Source of the DNA: a bacterium
GTDB lineage: Bacteria; Patescibacteriota; CPR2; UBA1875; JAJYID01
Direction of reading: 5' to 3'
DNA: 64,000 nt
Assembly (NCBI GenBank): GCA_021787535.1
Contig: JAJYLR010000001.1
Span: 147,648 to 211,647, forward strand
In this document: positions 1-9,420 of the stretch, piece by piece
Layout: the number at the start of each line of letters is the position of its first letter
Position numbering within the stretch: the first letter of the stretch is position 1
Made by a program: the position numbers and the translations under genes
Notes under the pieces: model-generated
What the model was told of the DNA's origin: nothing
The model's database searches: none
The model's input: only the letters and a program-made list of their open reading frames with translations

Positions 1-759
1 ATGATAGACACGCATGCGCATCTTAACTTTCCGGATTTTGAGGCGGATTTGGATAATATAATCCAAGAATCTTTTGAAAAAGGCGTCGAGAAAATAATTA
101 TTCCGGGATCAAACATTTCGGCCAGTAAGAAAGCCGTCAAAATTGCAGAAAAATATGACGGTATCTTTGCGGCGGTTGGCATTCATCCGGAAGATGCTGG
201 TGATATCAAAAATTTTTCGGAAATTGAGAAGTTGGCAAACTATGATAAGGTGATAGCAATTGGCGAGTGCGGGCTTGACTACTCATATCCGGGCACTGAC
301 GCAAAGGAAGACAGACTAAAACAAAAACAACTCTTAGAGAGACACCTGAAACTGGCGGAGAAGATGGATTTGCCGCTTATTTTTCATAACCGCGACTCAG
401 ATGATGATTTCTATGAAACAGTTAAAGATTACAAAGGAGAAGCGGTACTGCATTGTTTTACAGGTAACTGGGAGTTTGCACGAAAAATACTGGATCTGGG
501 ATTTTTAATATCTTTTACCGGCATCATTACATTTGATAAAACCGGACGACTCGCAGAAGTTTTAAAAAACATCCCGCTTGATAAAGTCATGGTGGAAACT
601 GACGCGCCGTATCTAGCGCCGGTACCATATCGCGGCAAAAGGTGCGAGCCGTGGATGACGAACGAAGTGATTCGAAAGATAGCCGAGATCAAAGGCATTT
701 TATCTCAAGAGGTAGAGGAAAAAACCTCCACTACCGCAAAAAACTTTTTTAAGTTATAG
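1..759 (+). CDS. tatD: TatD-family metal-dependent hydrolase/DNase
   Basis: N-terminus MIDTHAHLNF with His-rich metal motifs typical of TatD/YcfH; 252 aa. Confidence 0.8.
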   Translation: MIDTHAHLNFPDFEADLDNIIQESFEKGVEKIIIPGSNISASKKAVKIAEKYDGIFAAVGIHPEDAGDIKNFSEIEKLANYDKVIAIGECGLDYSYPGTDAKEDRLKQKQLLERHLKLAEKMDLPLIFHNRDSDDDFYETVKDYKGEAVLHCFTGNWEFARKILDLGFLISFTGIITFDKTGRLAEVLKNIPLDKVMVETDAPYLAPVPYRGKRCEPWMTNEVIRKIAEIKGILSQEVEEKTSTTAKNFFKL

Positions 760-765
760 TGCCTA

Positions 766-830
766 TGTTGTCCTGAAGATTGACTCAGATCATAGATTAT
801 ATAGATTCCGGATCAAGTCTGGAATGACAG
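766..830 (+). repeat. composite miniature palindromic repeat, long form, copy 1 (TGTCCTGAAG...GATTCCGGATCAAGTCTGGAATGACA)
   Basis: near-identical copies at 28228-28290 and 34921-34982, each in a gene-gene spacer. Confidence 0.85.
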
Positions 831-889
831 ATGGTTTTAAAAAGTTTTTTAAGTTATAATATCGATATTAGTAAAAAACGGAGTCTATT

Positions 890-2014
890 ATGGCAGAAGA
901 TGAAAAACAGCCGGAAGAGCCGTCGGAAGAACTAAATATTATCGAAGAAGAAAAAGCCCAGGAAAAAGGCGAGCTGGATTATAACGGTATTTTTGACGAT
1001 GATTATGTAGAGGGCAAAACTGAAGCCAGGGAAGAGTTTGATGAAAATGAACAGCACAGAGACGATATGCTTGAAGAAACTGACGGGGGTGAAGAAATAG
1101 CAGAAGAACCCAAGCCAGGGAAGAAAAATCAAGACAAATCCAAAAAATCTTCCAAAAAATCTTCTTCTGAAAAAAAGGAAGCCAAAAAAGAGGAGAAGAC
1201 CGATCCGGATAAAACCAAGGAAGTAAAGGAAGAGAAGATTGCCCCTGAAGATCCCGCTCAAAAACCAGGCAGCAGCAAAGGATCATTCGCAAAGAAAATT
1301 CTTATTGTATTGGCTATACTTTTTGCCTTGCTTCTTGGTGCTTTTGGCGGATATCTTTATTTCAAAAAGACAAGTAAACAGCTAGAGGAAGCAAAGCCGC
1401 CGACCACGACCACCACACCCGCAACAAAGAAAACTAAAAAGTATGTTTATGTAACAGCGAGCGACGGTCTGAATATGCGCCAGAATCCAGACTCAAGCGC
1501 TAAAGTTCTGGCAGTCATACCTTATGGAACCAAATTATCTGTTATAGATACGCAAAATGGCTGGGATAAGGTTGAGTATAATGGCCAGCAGGGCTGGGTT
1601 TCGGCTGATTATGTGAGCGAAACTAAGCCAGAAGACTTCAAAACCTACATCGGAACCGGGCAAATGCCGGATAATCCCAAGTTTAGCGTACAATATCCAA
1701 GCGATTGGGTGCTGGATGGCTACAAAGTTTCCAAAACGGATAATGGCAAGGTATATACCATAGCGCTTGGGGCGGGCGGACATGGATTTAGTGAAGGTGA
1801 TACCTCAATCACTAGCAGCCAGGAAAATATAACTGTTAATGGGAATGCCGGCATAAAAACGACGGCAGTGAAAGATGGCAAGATTGTGTCTCTAGTTACG
1901 GCTTTTACAAAAGGAAATGGCTATATCAATATCGAATTTGAGCCGCCAGCAGGCTATGACCAGTCATATATCGATATCTATAATAAGATCGTCGAAACGT
2001 TTAAATTTTTGTAG
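890..2014 (+). CDS. membrane-anchored protein with acidic Lys/Glu-rich N-terminus and bacterial SH3 (SH3b) domain
   Basis: low-complexity E/K-rich N-terminus, one TM helix (ILIVLAILFALLLGAFGGYLYF), SH3b-like segment YVYVTASDGLNMRQNP...GWDKVEY...GWVSADYV. Confidence 0.45.
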   Translation: MAEDEKQPEEPSEELNIIEEEKAQEKGELDYNGIFDDDYVEGKTEAREEFDENEQHRDDMLEETDGGEEIAEEPKPGKKNQDKSKKSSKKSSSEKKEAKKEEKTDPDKTKEVKEEKIAPEDPAQKPGSSKGSFAKKILIVLAILFALLLGAFGGYLYFKKTSKQLEEAKPPTTTTTPATKKTKKYVYVTASDGLNMRQNPDSSAKVLAVIPYGTKLSVIDTQNGWDKVEYNGQQGWVSADYVSETKPEDFKTYIGTGQMPDNPKFSVQYPSDWVLDGYKVSKTDNGKVYTIALGAGGHGFSEGDTSITSSQENITVNGNAGIKTTAVKDGKIVSLVTAFTKGNGYINIEFEPPAGYDQSYIDIYNKIVETFKFL

Positions 2015-2137
2015 AAAATCGTTGACAATAGCGACAGAAAAAGTTACCCTACATCTAGGGTAAGATGTTAATTTTCAATTCTTAATTTCTAATTTTCAAT
2101 CAAGTCCCAATTCTTCAATGAATAAATAAGCAGTTGT

Positions 2138-2159
2138 TACACTAATATGTATTAGTGTA
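2138..2159. promoter_or_regulatory. perfect 9-4-9 palindrome TACACTAAT-ATGT-ATTAGTGTA upstream of Phd-like gene (candidate operator); second imperfect palindrome at 2165-2190
   Basis: read directly from sequence. Confidence 0.4.
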
Positions 2160-2210
2160 GTGGTCTGCAAGGGTCTGTCCTTTGCAGATCGAAGAGTATT
2201 TTACAAAGTA

Positions 2211-2276
2211 TGTCATTCTGTGGAACGAAGAATCTCTCTAGATCCTTCGTCGTACCTCCTCAGGATGACAATGAGG
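2211..2276 (+). repeat. MITE-like element with 10-bp terminal inverted repeats TGTCATTCTG/CAGGATGACA and nested internal hairpin
   Basis: related copy 7949-8004. Confidence 0.7.
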
Positions 2277-2283
2277 AGCATTT

Positions 2284-2505
2284 ATGAAGGAAAAATTTAT
2301 TACAACAAATGAGCTGGCAAACGATGCTTCAAAGATTCTAAAGAATTTGAAAGACGGCGAAGGCGTAGTAGTCCTTCGCTACTCAGAGCCGGTCGGCGTC
2401 CTTATTTCCTATGACGATTATAAGAAGTTAATGAACCTAGAATCAGAGTTTGTTTCTGAGTGCAAGGTCTGTCTGGGAGCGATAAAGAAGAAAGGGAAAA
2501 ATTAA
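2284..2505 (+). CDS. Phd/YefM-like antitoxin-family small protein
   Basis: 73 aa; pattern VVVLRYSEPVGVLISYDDYKKL resembles Phd/YefM antitoxin fold; perfect 9-4-9 palindrome upstream. Confidence 0.4.
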   Translation: MKEKFITTNELANDASKILKNLKDGEGVVVLRYSEPVGVLISYDDYKKLMNLESEFVSECKVCLGAIKKKGKN

Positions 2506-2870
2506 TGGCAGAAAATTCTGAATCAAGTAAGTATGGTGATCAGATGACGCATAGAAAATTAGTCAGGGATAGAATACCTGAAATTATAGAAGCAAATGAT
2601 CAGAAACATGAGACCAGAATTCTAGAAAAGGACGAACATCTAGAACTCCTCAAAAAGAAACTATTAGAGGAATCTCAGGAAGTAGTTGAAGCTACAAATA
2701 GAGACGAAACTATTAAAGAGCTAGCAGATGTTTCTGAGGTTGTCCGTTCTATTGCTGAAAGTGAAGGGATAGGTATGGATGAGATTAATGAGGTCATGGA
2801 GGATAGAGCTGAAAAAAGAGGCAGATTTAAGGATGGAATTTTTTTGGAAAGGACATGGACTGAGAAATGA
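2505..2870 (+). CDS. MazG-like nucleoside triphosphate pyrophosphohydrolase domain protein
   Basis: KLVRDRIPEII... EExEV motif pattern of MazG/PRA-PH-like all-alpha NTP-PPases; start ATG 2505 abuts stop of upstream gene. Confidence 0.5.
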   Translation: MAENSESSKYGDQMTHRKLVRDRIPEIIEANDQKHETRILEKDEHLELLKKKLLEESQEVVEATNRDETIKELADVSEVVRSIAESEGIGMDEINEVMEDRAEKRGRFKDGIFLERTWTEK

Positions 2871-4060
2871 TTTATTTTGACCATGCGGCGACGACGCCGG
2901 TTTCGAAGGATGTTTTAGATGCCATGAATCTGTATTTTAGCGAGAAATACGGTAATCCTTCCAGTATTTATAAAATCGGCCAGGAGGCAAAGTCAGCTGT
3001 TGAGAAAGCGCGGGAAGAAATCGCCGGTATGCTTGGCGCAAACCCTAGAGAGATTATTTTTACTTCAGGGGCGACGGAAGCAAATAATCTGGCTTTGAAA
3101 GGAGTGGCATTTTATTGGTCACAAATATTAAAGACTAAACCGCATATTATCATCAGCTCTATCGAGCATCACTCTGTTTTGGACACGGCGGAATATCTGG
3201 AGAAGAACTTCGGATTTGAAGTTACAAAATTAGGTGTTTCGAATGAAGGAATAGTTAATCCGAAAGATCTGGAGAAGGCAATCCAGGAAAACACAGCTAT
3301 AGTTTTAGTGATGTATGGGAATAATGAAGTTGGAAGCATTCAGCCAATTTCTGAACTTTCAGAAATAATTAAAAAGGAAAAAGTAAAAAGGGAAAATGGG
3401 GGGAATGAGTTTCCGATTGTTTTTCACACGGATGCGGTGCAAGCTTTTCAATATTTAGACTGCAATGTTAGCGACTTGGGCGCGGATATGCTTTCTCTCA
3501 CCGGGCATAAATTCTACGGGCCGAAAGGGGTCGGGCTTTTGTATGTAAAATCTGGCACCAAGTTCCTTCCGCAGCAGCAAGGCGGAGCTCAGGAAAGACG
3601 ACAAAGAGCCGGGACGGAAAATGTGCCGTATATCGTCGGTATGGCAAAAGCAATGAATGACGCCAGAACTGAAAATCACAAAAAAGAAGTTGAGGATCTG
3701 AGGGATTATTTAATTGAGAAAATTACAAAGGAAATTCCGGATGTGATACTTACCGGACCGGAAGTCGGCGAAAAGAGATTACCACACATTGCCAGCTTCA
3801 TATTTAAGAAAATAGAAGGTGAGTCGATTCTCATAAATCTGGACTTGCTTGGTATTGCCGCCTCCAGCGGTTCGGCTTGCACGTCGGGCAGTCTGGCATC
3901 TTCGCACGTTTTGACGGCTATGGGTTATGACGACCTTCTGGCGCATGGTTCTATCCGATTTTCGCTTGGGAAAATGAATTCAAAAGAAGAAATTGATGAA
4001 ATGATGAAACATTTGCCGCAGATTGTAGAGAAATTAAGAGGAATGTCACCAATAAAATGA
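2867..4060 (+). CDS. iscS: cysteine desulfurase (class I NifS/IscS)
   Basis: PLP-lysine motif SLTGHKFYGPKG, C-terminal SSGSACTS active-site Cys loop; ATGA overlap with upstream gene. Confidence 0.9.
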   Translation: MIYFDHAATTPVSKDVLDAMNLYFSEKYGNPSSIYKIGQEAKSAVEKAREEIAGMLGANPREIIFTSGATEANNLALKGVAFYWSQILKTKPHIIISSIEHHSVLDTAEYLEKNFGFEVTKLGVSNEGIVNPKDLEKAIQENTAIVLVMYGNNEVGSIQPISELSEIIKKEKVKRENGGNEFPIVFHTDAVQAFQYLDCNVSDLGADMLSLTGHKFYGPKGVGLLYVKSGTKFLPQQQGGAQERRQRAGTENVPYIVGMAKAMNDARTENHKKEVEDLRDYLIEKITKEIPDVILTGPEVGEKRLPHIASFIFKKIEGESILINLDLLGIAASSGSACTSGSLASSHVLTAMGYDDLLAHGSIRFSLGKMNSKEEIDEMMKHLPQIVEKLRGMSPIK

Positions 4061-4584
4061 ATGAAGAAAGTATCAAAAAAGCGGCTGAGAAATTTTATGA
4101 GATTCGGGATATTCCTTATCATATTGCTTTAGATGGAGAGAAAGATTGGAGTTGTGGTAGCAAGAACAAGAAATTAGCGAAGGAATTAGAGCAGTTGGGA
4201 TATAAAACTAGAGAAAGAATTGCCCTTTTTAGATGGACTGAGCAAGGTTTACCTAAAGAGGCGTTAGTCAATGTTGATGAAGATGAATGTTCACATTTGT
4301 TTCTGGAAGTCATACCTCCTGGGCAAGACAATTGGATTACAGTCGATGCAACATGGAACTCAGAATTAAAGCCATCTACCTTGCCTGTAGCAGAATGGGA
4401 TGGATTAAAACCAACGGCTAATGCAGTTAAATATTATGAAATAATTCCTGTGGAGAAGAATAAGGAATATTTAGATTCAATCGATGAACAGGAAGATTTA
4501 AAAATGAATTACAAAATTTACGATGCATTTAACAAATATTGTGATGGTTTTTTAGAAAAGAGGGATAATGCCGGTAGCAATTAA
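4057..4584 (+). CDS. transglutaminase-like (Cys-His-Asp) domain protein, hypothetical
   Basis: ordered C (WSCGSK), H (CSHLFLEV), D (VDATWN) spacing resembles transglutaminase-like core; overlaps iscS stop. Confidence 0.3.
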   Translation: MNEESIKKAAEKFYEIRDIPYHIALDGEKDWSCGSKNKKLAKELEQLGYKTRERIALFRWTEQGLPKEALVNVDEDECSHLFLEVIPPGQDNWITVDATWNSELKPSTLPVAEWDGLKPTANAVKYYEIIPVEKNKEYLDSIDEQEDLKMNYKIYDAFNKYCDGFLEKRDNAGSN

Positions 4585-5173
4585 CTTTAAGATTTGTGAT
4601 AACGCTGAAGAATGCAACGGGATAGAAGTTTGCCCGACTGGTGCGCTTTCTTGGGATGATAAGAAAAAAACAATTGTCATAGACAACACAAAATGCACCA
4701 GCTGCGGAGCTTGCGAACGTTCCTGTATGGTTCAAGCCATTAAAGTCGGCAGAACCAAAGAGGAATTTGCCAAAATCCAAAAAGAAATAGAGGAAGATTC
4801 GAGAAAAGTTTCAGATTTATACCTTGACCGATATGGGGCAATGCCGATTTTGCCGGCGTTCTTGATTGAAGAAGACAAATTTGAACGCGAGGTATTAAAG
4901 GCATCCAAGTTAACAGCGGTAGAAGTTTTCGCAAATGAGGGAATTATGTGCTTACTTAAATCAATTCCAATAACAGAACTTTTTGACGGCTTGGACATAA
5001 AGTTTAGAAAAATGGAGATAAAGAACAAGAAATTCTTGGATGATTATGATATTAAAGAACTTCCAGCACTCTTGTTTTTCTTAGAAGGCAAGTTGGCTGG
5101 CAAAGTTGAAGGTTATTTCGAAAATGAAAACAAACAAGCGTTAAAGGAAAAGGTTAAAGTGATAATAGGTTAA
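4568..5173 (+). CDS. 4Fe-4S ferredoxin-domain protein fused to thioredoxin-like (CxxC-less) C-terminal domain
   Basis: N-terminal CPTGAL...CTSCGACERSC ferredoxin-type Cys cluster; C-terminal PALLFFLEGKLAGKVEGY thioredoxin-fold-like. Confidence 0.45.
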   Translation: MPVAINFKICDNAEECNGIEVCPTGALSWDDKKKTIVIDNTKCTSCGACERSCMVQAIKVGRTKEEFAKIQKEIEEDSRKVSDLYLDRYGAMPILPAFLIEEDKFEREVLKASKLTAVEVFANEGIMCLLKSIPITELFDGLDIKFRKMEIKNKKFLDDYDIKELPALLFFLEGKLAGKVEGYFENENKQALKEKVKVIIG

Positions 5174-5179
5174 TTATTA

Positions 5180-5204
5180 GATTCTGGACAAGCCAGAATG
5201 ACAG
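5180..5204 (+). repeat. GAATGACA-hairpin repeat (GATTCTGGACAAGCCAGAATGACA)
   Basis: 7-bp stem ATTCTGG/CCAGAAT; followed by tandem GGAAATTG array 5221-5257 and degenerate copy 5291-5316. Confidence 0.85.
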
Positions 5205-5332
5205 ATTGAAGATTGTCTCATTGAGGATTGATTGGAAATTGGAAATTGTGAATTGGAAATTAAAAGTAAAGGGATTCCTCGACTTGTCCTTAACAGGAAG
5301 TCGCTCGGAATGACAAAAAGGAGACTAAATTT

Positions 5333-5728
5333 ATGGCGGATATGTATTCAGAAAAAGTAATGGATCATTTTATGAACCCGAGGAATGTCGGAGAGATTAA
5401 AGATGCTTCCGGAGTAGGCGAGAAGGGCAATCCGACCTGCGGGGATATCATGAAAATGTACATCAAGGTTGGCAAGAAAAATGGTAAGGAAATCATTGAG
5501 GATATTAAGTTTCAAACTTTTGGCTGCGGAGCGGCGGTAGCAACCTCTTCCATGATTACAGAAATGGTTAAAGGCAAGACTCTGAAGGAAGCGGAAAAGA
5601 TCTCAAATGCGCAAGTGGCAGAAGCGCTCGGAGGGCTGCCTCCGATAAAGATGCACTGTTCAAACTTGGCAGCAAATGCGCTGCAAGATGCGATAGAGAA
5701 CTATCGTTCTAAAATTTCTAATGCCTAA
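5333..5728 (+). CDS. iscU: Fe-S cluster assembly scaffold IscU/NifU
   Basis: MNPRNVGE...GNPTCGDIMK...FGCGAAVATSS...HCS three conserved Cys plus LPPVK-like motif. Confidence 0.88.
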   Translation: MADMYSEKVMDHFMNPRNVGEIKDASGVGEKGNPTCGDIMKMYIKVGKKNGKEIIEDIKFQTFGCGAAVATSSMITEMVKGKTLKEAEKISNAQVAEALGGLPPIKMHCSNLAANALQDAIENYRSKISNA

Positions 5729-5740
5729 TTAAGAATTTCT

Positions 5741-5844
5741 ATTCAAATCCCAATTCAAAAATTTCTTAAATTAAAAATTGGACATTCATTAGGAATTAGG
5801 AATTCTTAATTTTTAATTGGATTCCCGACTTCTCGGGAATGACA
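5741..5844 (+). repeat. tandem AATT/GGAATT-type octamer array followed by hairpin repeat GGATTCCCGACTTCTCGGGAATGACA
   Basis: compensatory stem variant (CCCG/CGGG instead of CTGG/CCAG). Confidence 0.8.
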
Positions 5845-5941
5845 AGGGAGAATTTGTATTTTTGGCTAATGCTTGACCGGGTAATAAAACTTAAAATATT
5901 TTTGTTTCATTCAGACCATTAAGTGTGGTAATCTAGAAAAT

Positions 5942-6898
5942 ATGAACTGGGTAGATCTGGCAATTATAGCTTTTATTCTATATTTCCTGGTGATGGGGTA
6001 TTTCCAGGGTTTTTTGAAGGGTGCAATAGAACTTGTCGGCTTGGTTTTATCTTTTTTTCTAGCACTGAAACTTTACCCGGGCTTGGCTCAAAGTATCAGC
6101 ACGCACTTTAACGCACCTCTGCCAATCTCAAAAATTTTAGGACTTGTCAGCGTCTGGTTTATCTCGTATCTGGCCTACTATTTTGCTTCAAACTTTGGGC
6201 TAAAGAAAATACCTGATAATATTAAAAACTCCAAATATAACCGTTTTGGCGGCGGAGCGCCCGCCTTGCTGAAGGGTTTGATGGTTACGGCAATTTTACT
6301 GAGTTTGATTTTAATTTTGCCCATTCCGACAAAATATCGAAACGATATTTCCGACTCGAAAATCGGAGGAAGCTTAGTTAAACACAGTGAGCAAGCTCAG
6401 ACATTTTTACAGAAAGAGTTCGGCGGTGCAGTTGATGAAACTCTGACTTTTCTGACTGTTAAAGAGGAAAATGATGAGACAACAAATCTTGGTTTTAAAA
6501 CTGATAAGGTATCTGTTGATTCGTCTAGCGAACAAAGGATGCTGACTCTTGTGAATCAGGAGAGAACTTCCAGAGGATTACATGCTCTTCAAATGGACCC
6601 AAAGCTGCAAGAGGTTGCCAGAGCTCACTGTAAAGATATGTTTAAAAATGGGTATTTTGCCCACAACTCTTTGGATGGCAAAACTCCTTTTGACAGGATG
6701 CATAATGCCGGGATTACTTTTCTTGTTGCCGGAGAAAACTTGGCTCTTGCGCCAAATGTTGATATTGCCCACAACGGACTCATGAATAGTCCCGGCCATC
6801 GTGCCAATATTCTTACTCCCGAGTTTGGAAAAGTCGGCATAGGTGTCATTGATGGCGGAGTTTATGGTAAAATGTTTGCTCAGGAGTTTACAGACTAA
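5942..6898 (+). CDS. CvpA-family membrane domain fused to CAP/SCP (PR-1-like, YkwD-type) domain
   Basis: 4 TM N-terminal CvpA-like region; C-terminal HCKDMFKNGYFAHNS...GENLA...GHRANIL CAP motifs. Confidence 0.55.
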   Translation: MNWVDLAIIAFILYFLVMGYFQGFLKGAIELVGLVLSFFLALKLYPGLAQSISTHFNAPLPISKILGLVSVWFISYLAYYFASNFGLKKIPDNIKNSKYNRFGGGAPALLKGLMVTAILLSLILILPIPTKYRNDISDSKIGGSLVKHSEQAQTFLQKEFGGAVDETLTFLTVKEENDETTNLGFKTDKVSVDSSSEQRMLTLVNQERTSRGLHALQMDPKLQEVARAHCKDMFKNGYFAHNSLDGKTPFDRMHNAGITFLVAGENLALAPNVDIAHNGLMNSPGHRANILTPEFGKVGIGVIDGGVYGKMFAQEFTD

Positions 6899-6912
6899 CC
6901 AAGGGCATATAT

Positions 6913-7485
6913 TTGATTAGAAAACTTTTAAAGCTGGTTTTAATAGTAGTTGTTTTGGCTGTTGTCTTTCTAGCCGGCGCAGCCCTTTATCTCTCGCCGC
7001 AAGACAAGCTGGAAAAAACAGATTGTATAGTAGTGATCTCGGGCGGGGATACTGACGCTAGGCTTGCCGAAGGCATTAAACTTTATAATGAAAAATATGC
7101 GCCGAAAGTTCTATTTTCCGGCGCAGCTGCCGAGGGTACGGTTTCAAACGCTTCAGCAATGAAGAACATAGCTATCCGAAACGGTTTGCCGGCCGGGGAT
7201 ATCTTAATTGAAGAAAATTCTAAAACTACCGAGGAAAATGCCGAGTATACAGGTAAAATCATTCGTGCCGCAAATTTTCACAGCATAATACTCGTAACTT
7301 CTCCGTATCATCAGCGCCGGGCATACGAGGCCTTCAGACAGGCGCTGGGCAGAGATTTTAAAATTATCAATCATTCAGCCACAGATAGGACATGGCGAAA
7401 GGCCGACTGGTGGGACAACTCTCAAGCGAGAATTCTGACAATCGGCGAAATCTTGAAAAATCTATACTTTTTAGTTAATAAGTAA
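6913..7485 (+). CDS. DUF218/YdcF-ElyC family protein
   Basis: TM anchor then IVVISGGDTDARL...LFSGAAAEG...ENSKTTEENAEYT...VTSPYHQRRA typical DUF218; TTG start. Confidence 0.55.
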   Translation: MIRKLLKLVLIVVVLAVVFLAGAALYLSPQDKLEKTDCIVVISGGDTDARLAEGIKLYNEKYAPKVLFSGAAAEGTVSNASAMKNIAIRNGLPAGDILIEENSKTTEENAEYTGKIIRAANFHSIILVTSPYHQRRAYEAFRQALGRDFKIINHSATDRTWRKADWWDNSQARILTIGEILKNLYFLVNK

Positions 7486-7500
7486 TTCTTTTTTGTATAC

Positions 7501-7529
7501 TTGCCACACGATTTTTAAAGGGCTATAAT
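7501..7529 (+). promoter_or_regulatory. sigma70-like promoter for trxA: TTGCCA-17-TATAAT
   Basis: hexamers and 17-nt spacer read from sequence. Confidence 0.5.
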
Positions 7530-7606
7530 AAGTATTGTCTAAAAAATCGGGCTGATTATTAAATAAATAAGCTTTGCATGCGCAGAGTTGTTTGGGAGGA
7601 GAAAAA

Positions 7607-7927
7607 ATGAGTGAGGTAGTTGTGACAGATCAAAACTTTGAAGCAGAAGTGCTCAAAGCAAAAGGCGTGGTAATGGTTGATTTTTGGGCTCCCTGGTGCG
7701 GACCATGCCAAATGGTCGGTCCGATTGTAGCGGAACTTGCGAAAGATTTTGAAGGCAAAGCCAAGGTTGGCAAGCTGAATGTTGATGATAATCCGCAGAC
7801 AGCCGGAAAATACGGAGTGATGAGTATTCCTACTTTGATTATTTTTAAAGACGGGGAAGCTGTCCAGACTTATGTGGGTGTTCAGTCGAAAGAAACCTTA
7901 TCTTCTAAACTTAAATCTTTAGTTTAA
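7607..7927 (+). CDS. trxA: thioredoxin
   Basis: WAPWCGPCQ active site; GGAGG RBS before ATG 7607. Confidence 0.9.
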   Translation: MSEVVVTDQNFEAEVLKAKGVVMVDFWAPWCGPCQMVGPIVAELAKDFEGKAKVGKLNVDDNPQTAGKYGVMSIPTLIIFKDGEAVQTYVGVQSKETLSSKLKSLV

Positions 7928-7948
7928 ATCTGATTCTGATTCGTCCAG

Positions 7949-8004
7949 AATAGTCATCCTGAGAGAAACGAAAGAATCTCTTTCCATGTCACTACTTCGT
8001 GGCC
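7949..8004 (+). repeat. MITE-like variant (GTCATCCTGAGAGAAACGAAAGAATCTCT...)
   Basis: shares GTCATYCTG..GAAACGAAGAATCTCT core with 2211-2276. Confidence 0.6.
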
Positions 8005-8284
8005 ATCATAATTCCTCTACTTTTTTAAAAAAAGTGGAACAAAAATCCCCGACTAGCACTCCGAAATAGATAAAACATAATAAAAATTTATCACTAAAAA
8101 CAATAATCGCTTTGTTTAATCTTGATTTTTCCGGCTTGCGCCGGACGTTCTAAATTTTTAAGTTTTATTAACAACGTAAAGCGAGGGATATAAAAAAGTA
8201 ATCTTTTTTATATCCGAGCTGAGGAGTTAAAACTTTTTGCTACTTCTTCGTGATGTCGGGAAAGAATTGGTATAAAATATTTAT

Positions 8285-9358
8285 ATGAGTAAAGGAAAAA
8301 TACTTGTAGCAATGTCGGGAGGGGTTGACTCCTCTGTGGCCGCTCATTTGCTCAAAAAAGAGGGTTTTGATTGCATAGGTGTTACCATGAAGCTTTTTTG
8401 TTATGCGGGCACCGAAGCATCGCAACGGTCTTGTTGTTCTCTGGAAGCAATTAATGACGCGAGGGCAGTCTGTAAGAAACTTAGTATTCCTCATTATGTT
8501 ATTGACTTTGAAAAAGAGTTTGAACGGGAAGTTATTAAGGATTTTGTCAGTGAATATGAAAAAGGCAGAACACCAAACCCCTGTATCAGATGCAACCAAT
8601 TGATTAAATTCGATTACCTATTGAAAAAAGCAGAGGAACTTGGATGTGATTATCTTGCCACAGGACACTATGCGCAGATAAATCAGGCAACAAATAACAA
8701 TCAACAAATAACATTTAAGCTGCTCAAGGGAGTTGACAGAGTAAAAGACCAAACTTACTTTTTGTACCGATTGAATCAAAAGCAGCTTTCAAAGCTAAAA
8801 TTTCCATTAGGCGGGCTAACAAAGAAAGAGGTTCGCAGAATTGCCGGGGAAGCGGGCCTAAAGACAGCCGAAAAAGCAGAAAGCCAGGAAATCTGTTTCA
8901 TTGATACAAATGTCTCAGAATTTCTCTCAGGAAAAATTAAAATAGAAAAAGGGGATATTTTAGATACTTCCGGCAAAAAGGTCGGGGAACATGAAGGGAT
9001 CCCATTCTACACAATCGGCCAAAGGAAAGGCCTTGGCGGAGGTTTTGCTCATCCAGTGTATGCGGTCGGGATTGATGTTGAGAAAAATCAAGTTATTGTC
9101 GGCGAAGACATAGATTTATATAAGAAAGAAGTTGTGTTTGATAAGACAAGCTGGATAGCTGGTCAGGTGCCGGCTAGCAAGGATTTGTCTGCTGTAATCC
9201 GTTATAACATGGCAGGAAAAGGAGTTGCGGAATTACAGCGGATTAAAGGTTTATATAAAGCTATTTTTAAAGAAAGAGTGCGAGCCGTTACTCCCGGCCA
9301 ATCAATTGTTTTCTATTCGGGCGATGAATGTCTCGGTGGCGGTGTCATTACCAAATAA
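8285..9358 (+). CDS. mnmA: tRNA-specific 2-thiouridylase MnmA
   Basis: PP-loop SGGVDSSVAA, CxxC Cys pairs, full-length 357 aa MnmA architecture. Confidence 0.88.
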   Translation: MSKGKILVAMSGGVDSSVAAHLLKKEGFDCIGVTMKLFCYAGTEASQRSCCSLEAINDARAVCKKLSIPHYVIDFEKEFEREVIKDFVSEYEKGRTPNPCIRCNQLIKFDYLLKKAEELGCDYLATGHYAQINQATNNNQQITFKLLKGVDRVKDQTYFLYRLNQKQLSKLKFPLGGLTKKEVRRIAGEAGLKTAEKAESQEICFIDTNVSEFLSGKIKIEKGDILDTSGKKVGEHEGIPFYTIGQRKGLGGGFAHPVYAVGIDVEKNQVIVGEDIDLYKKEVVFDKTSWIAGQVPASKDLSAVIRYNMAGKGVAELQRIKGLYKAIFKERVRAVTPGQSIVFYSGDECLGGGVITK

Positions 9359-9420
9359 GCTTGACGCAGAACAATATCTATGGTAGACTACTTGTCCCTT
9401 TCGGATACGTGCTGGAGGAG

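Noticed and set aside
932-1292. Two minus-strand ORFs of 109-117 aa
   Set aside because: Antisense to the low-complexity GAA/AAG-rich acidic region of the SH3b protein gene; reverse strand of Lys/Glu repeats gives Phe/Leu-rich artefact ORFs.
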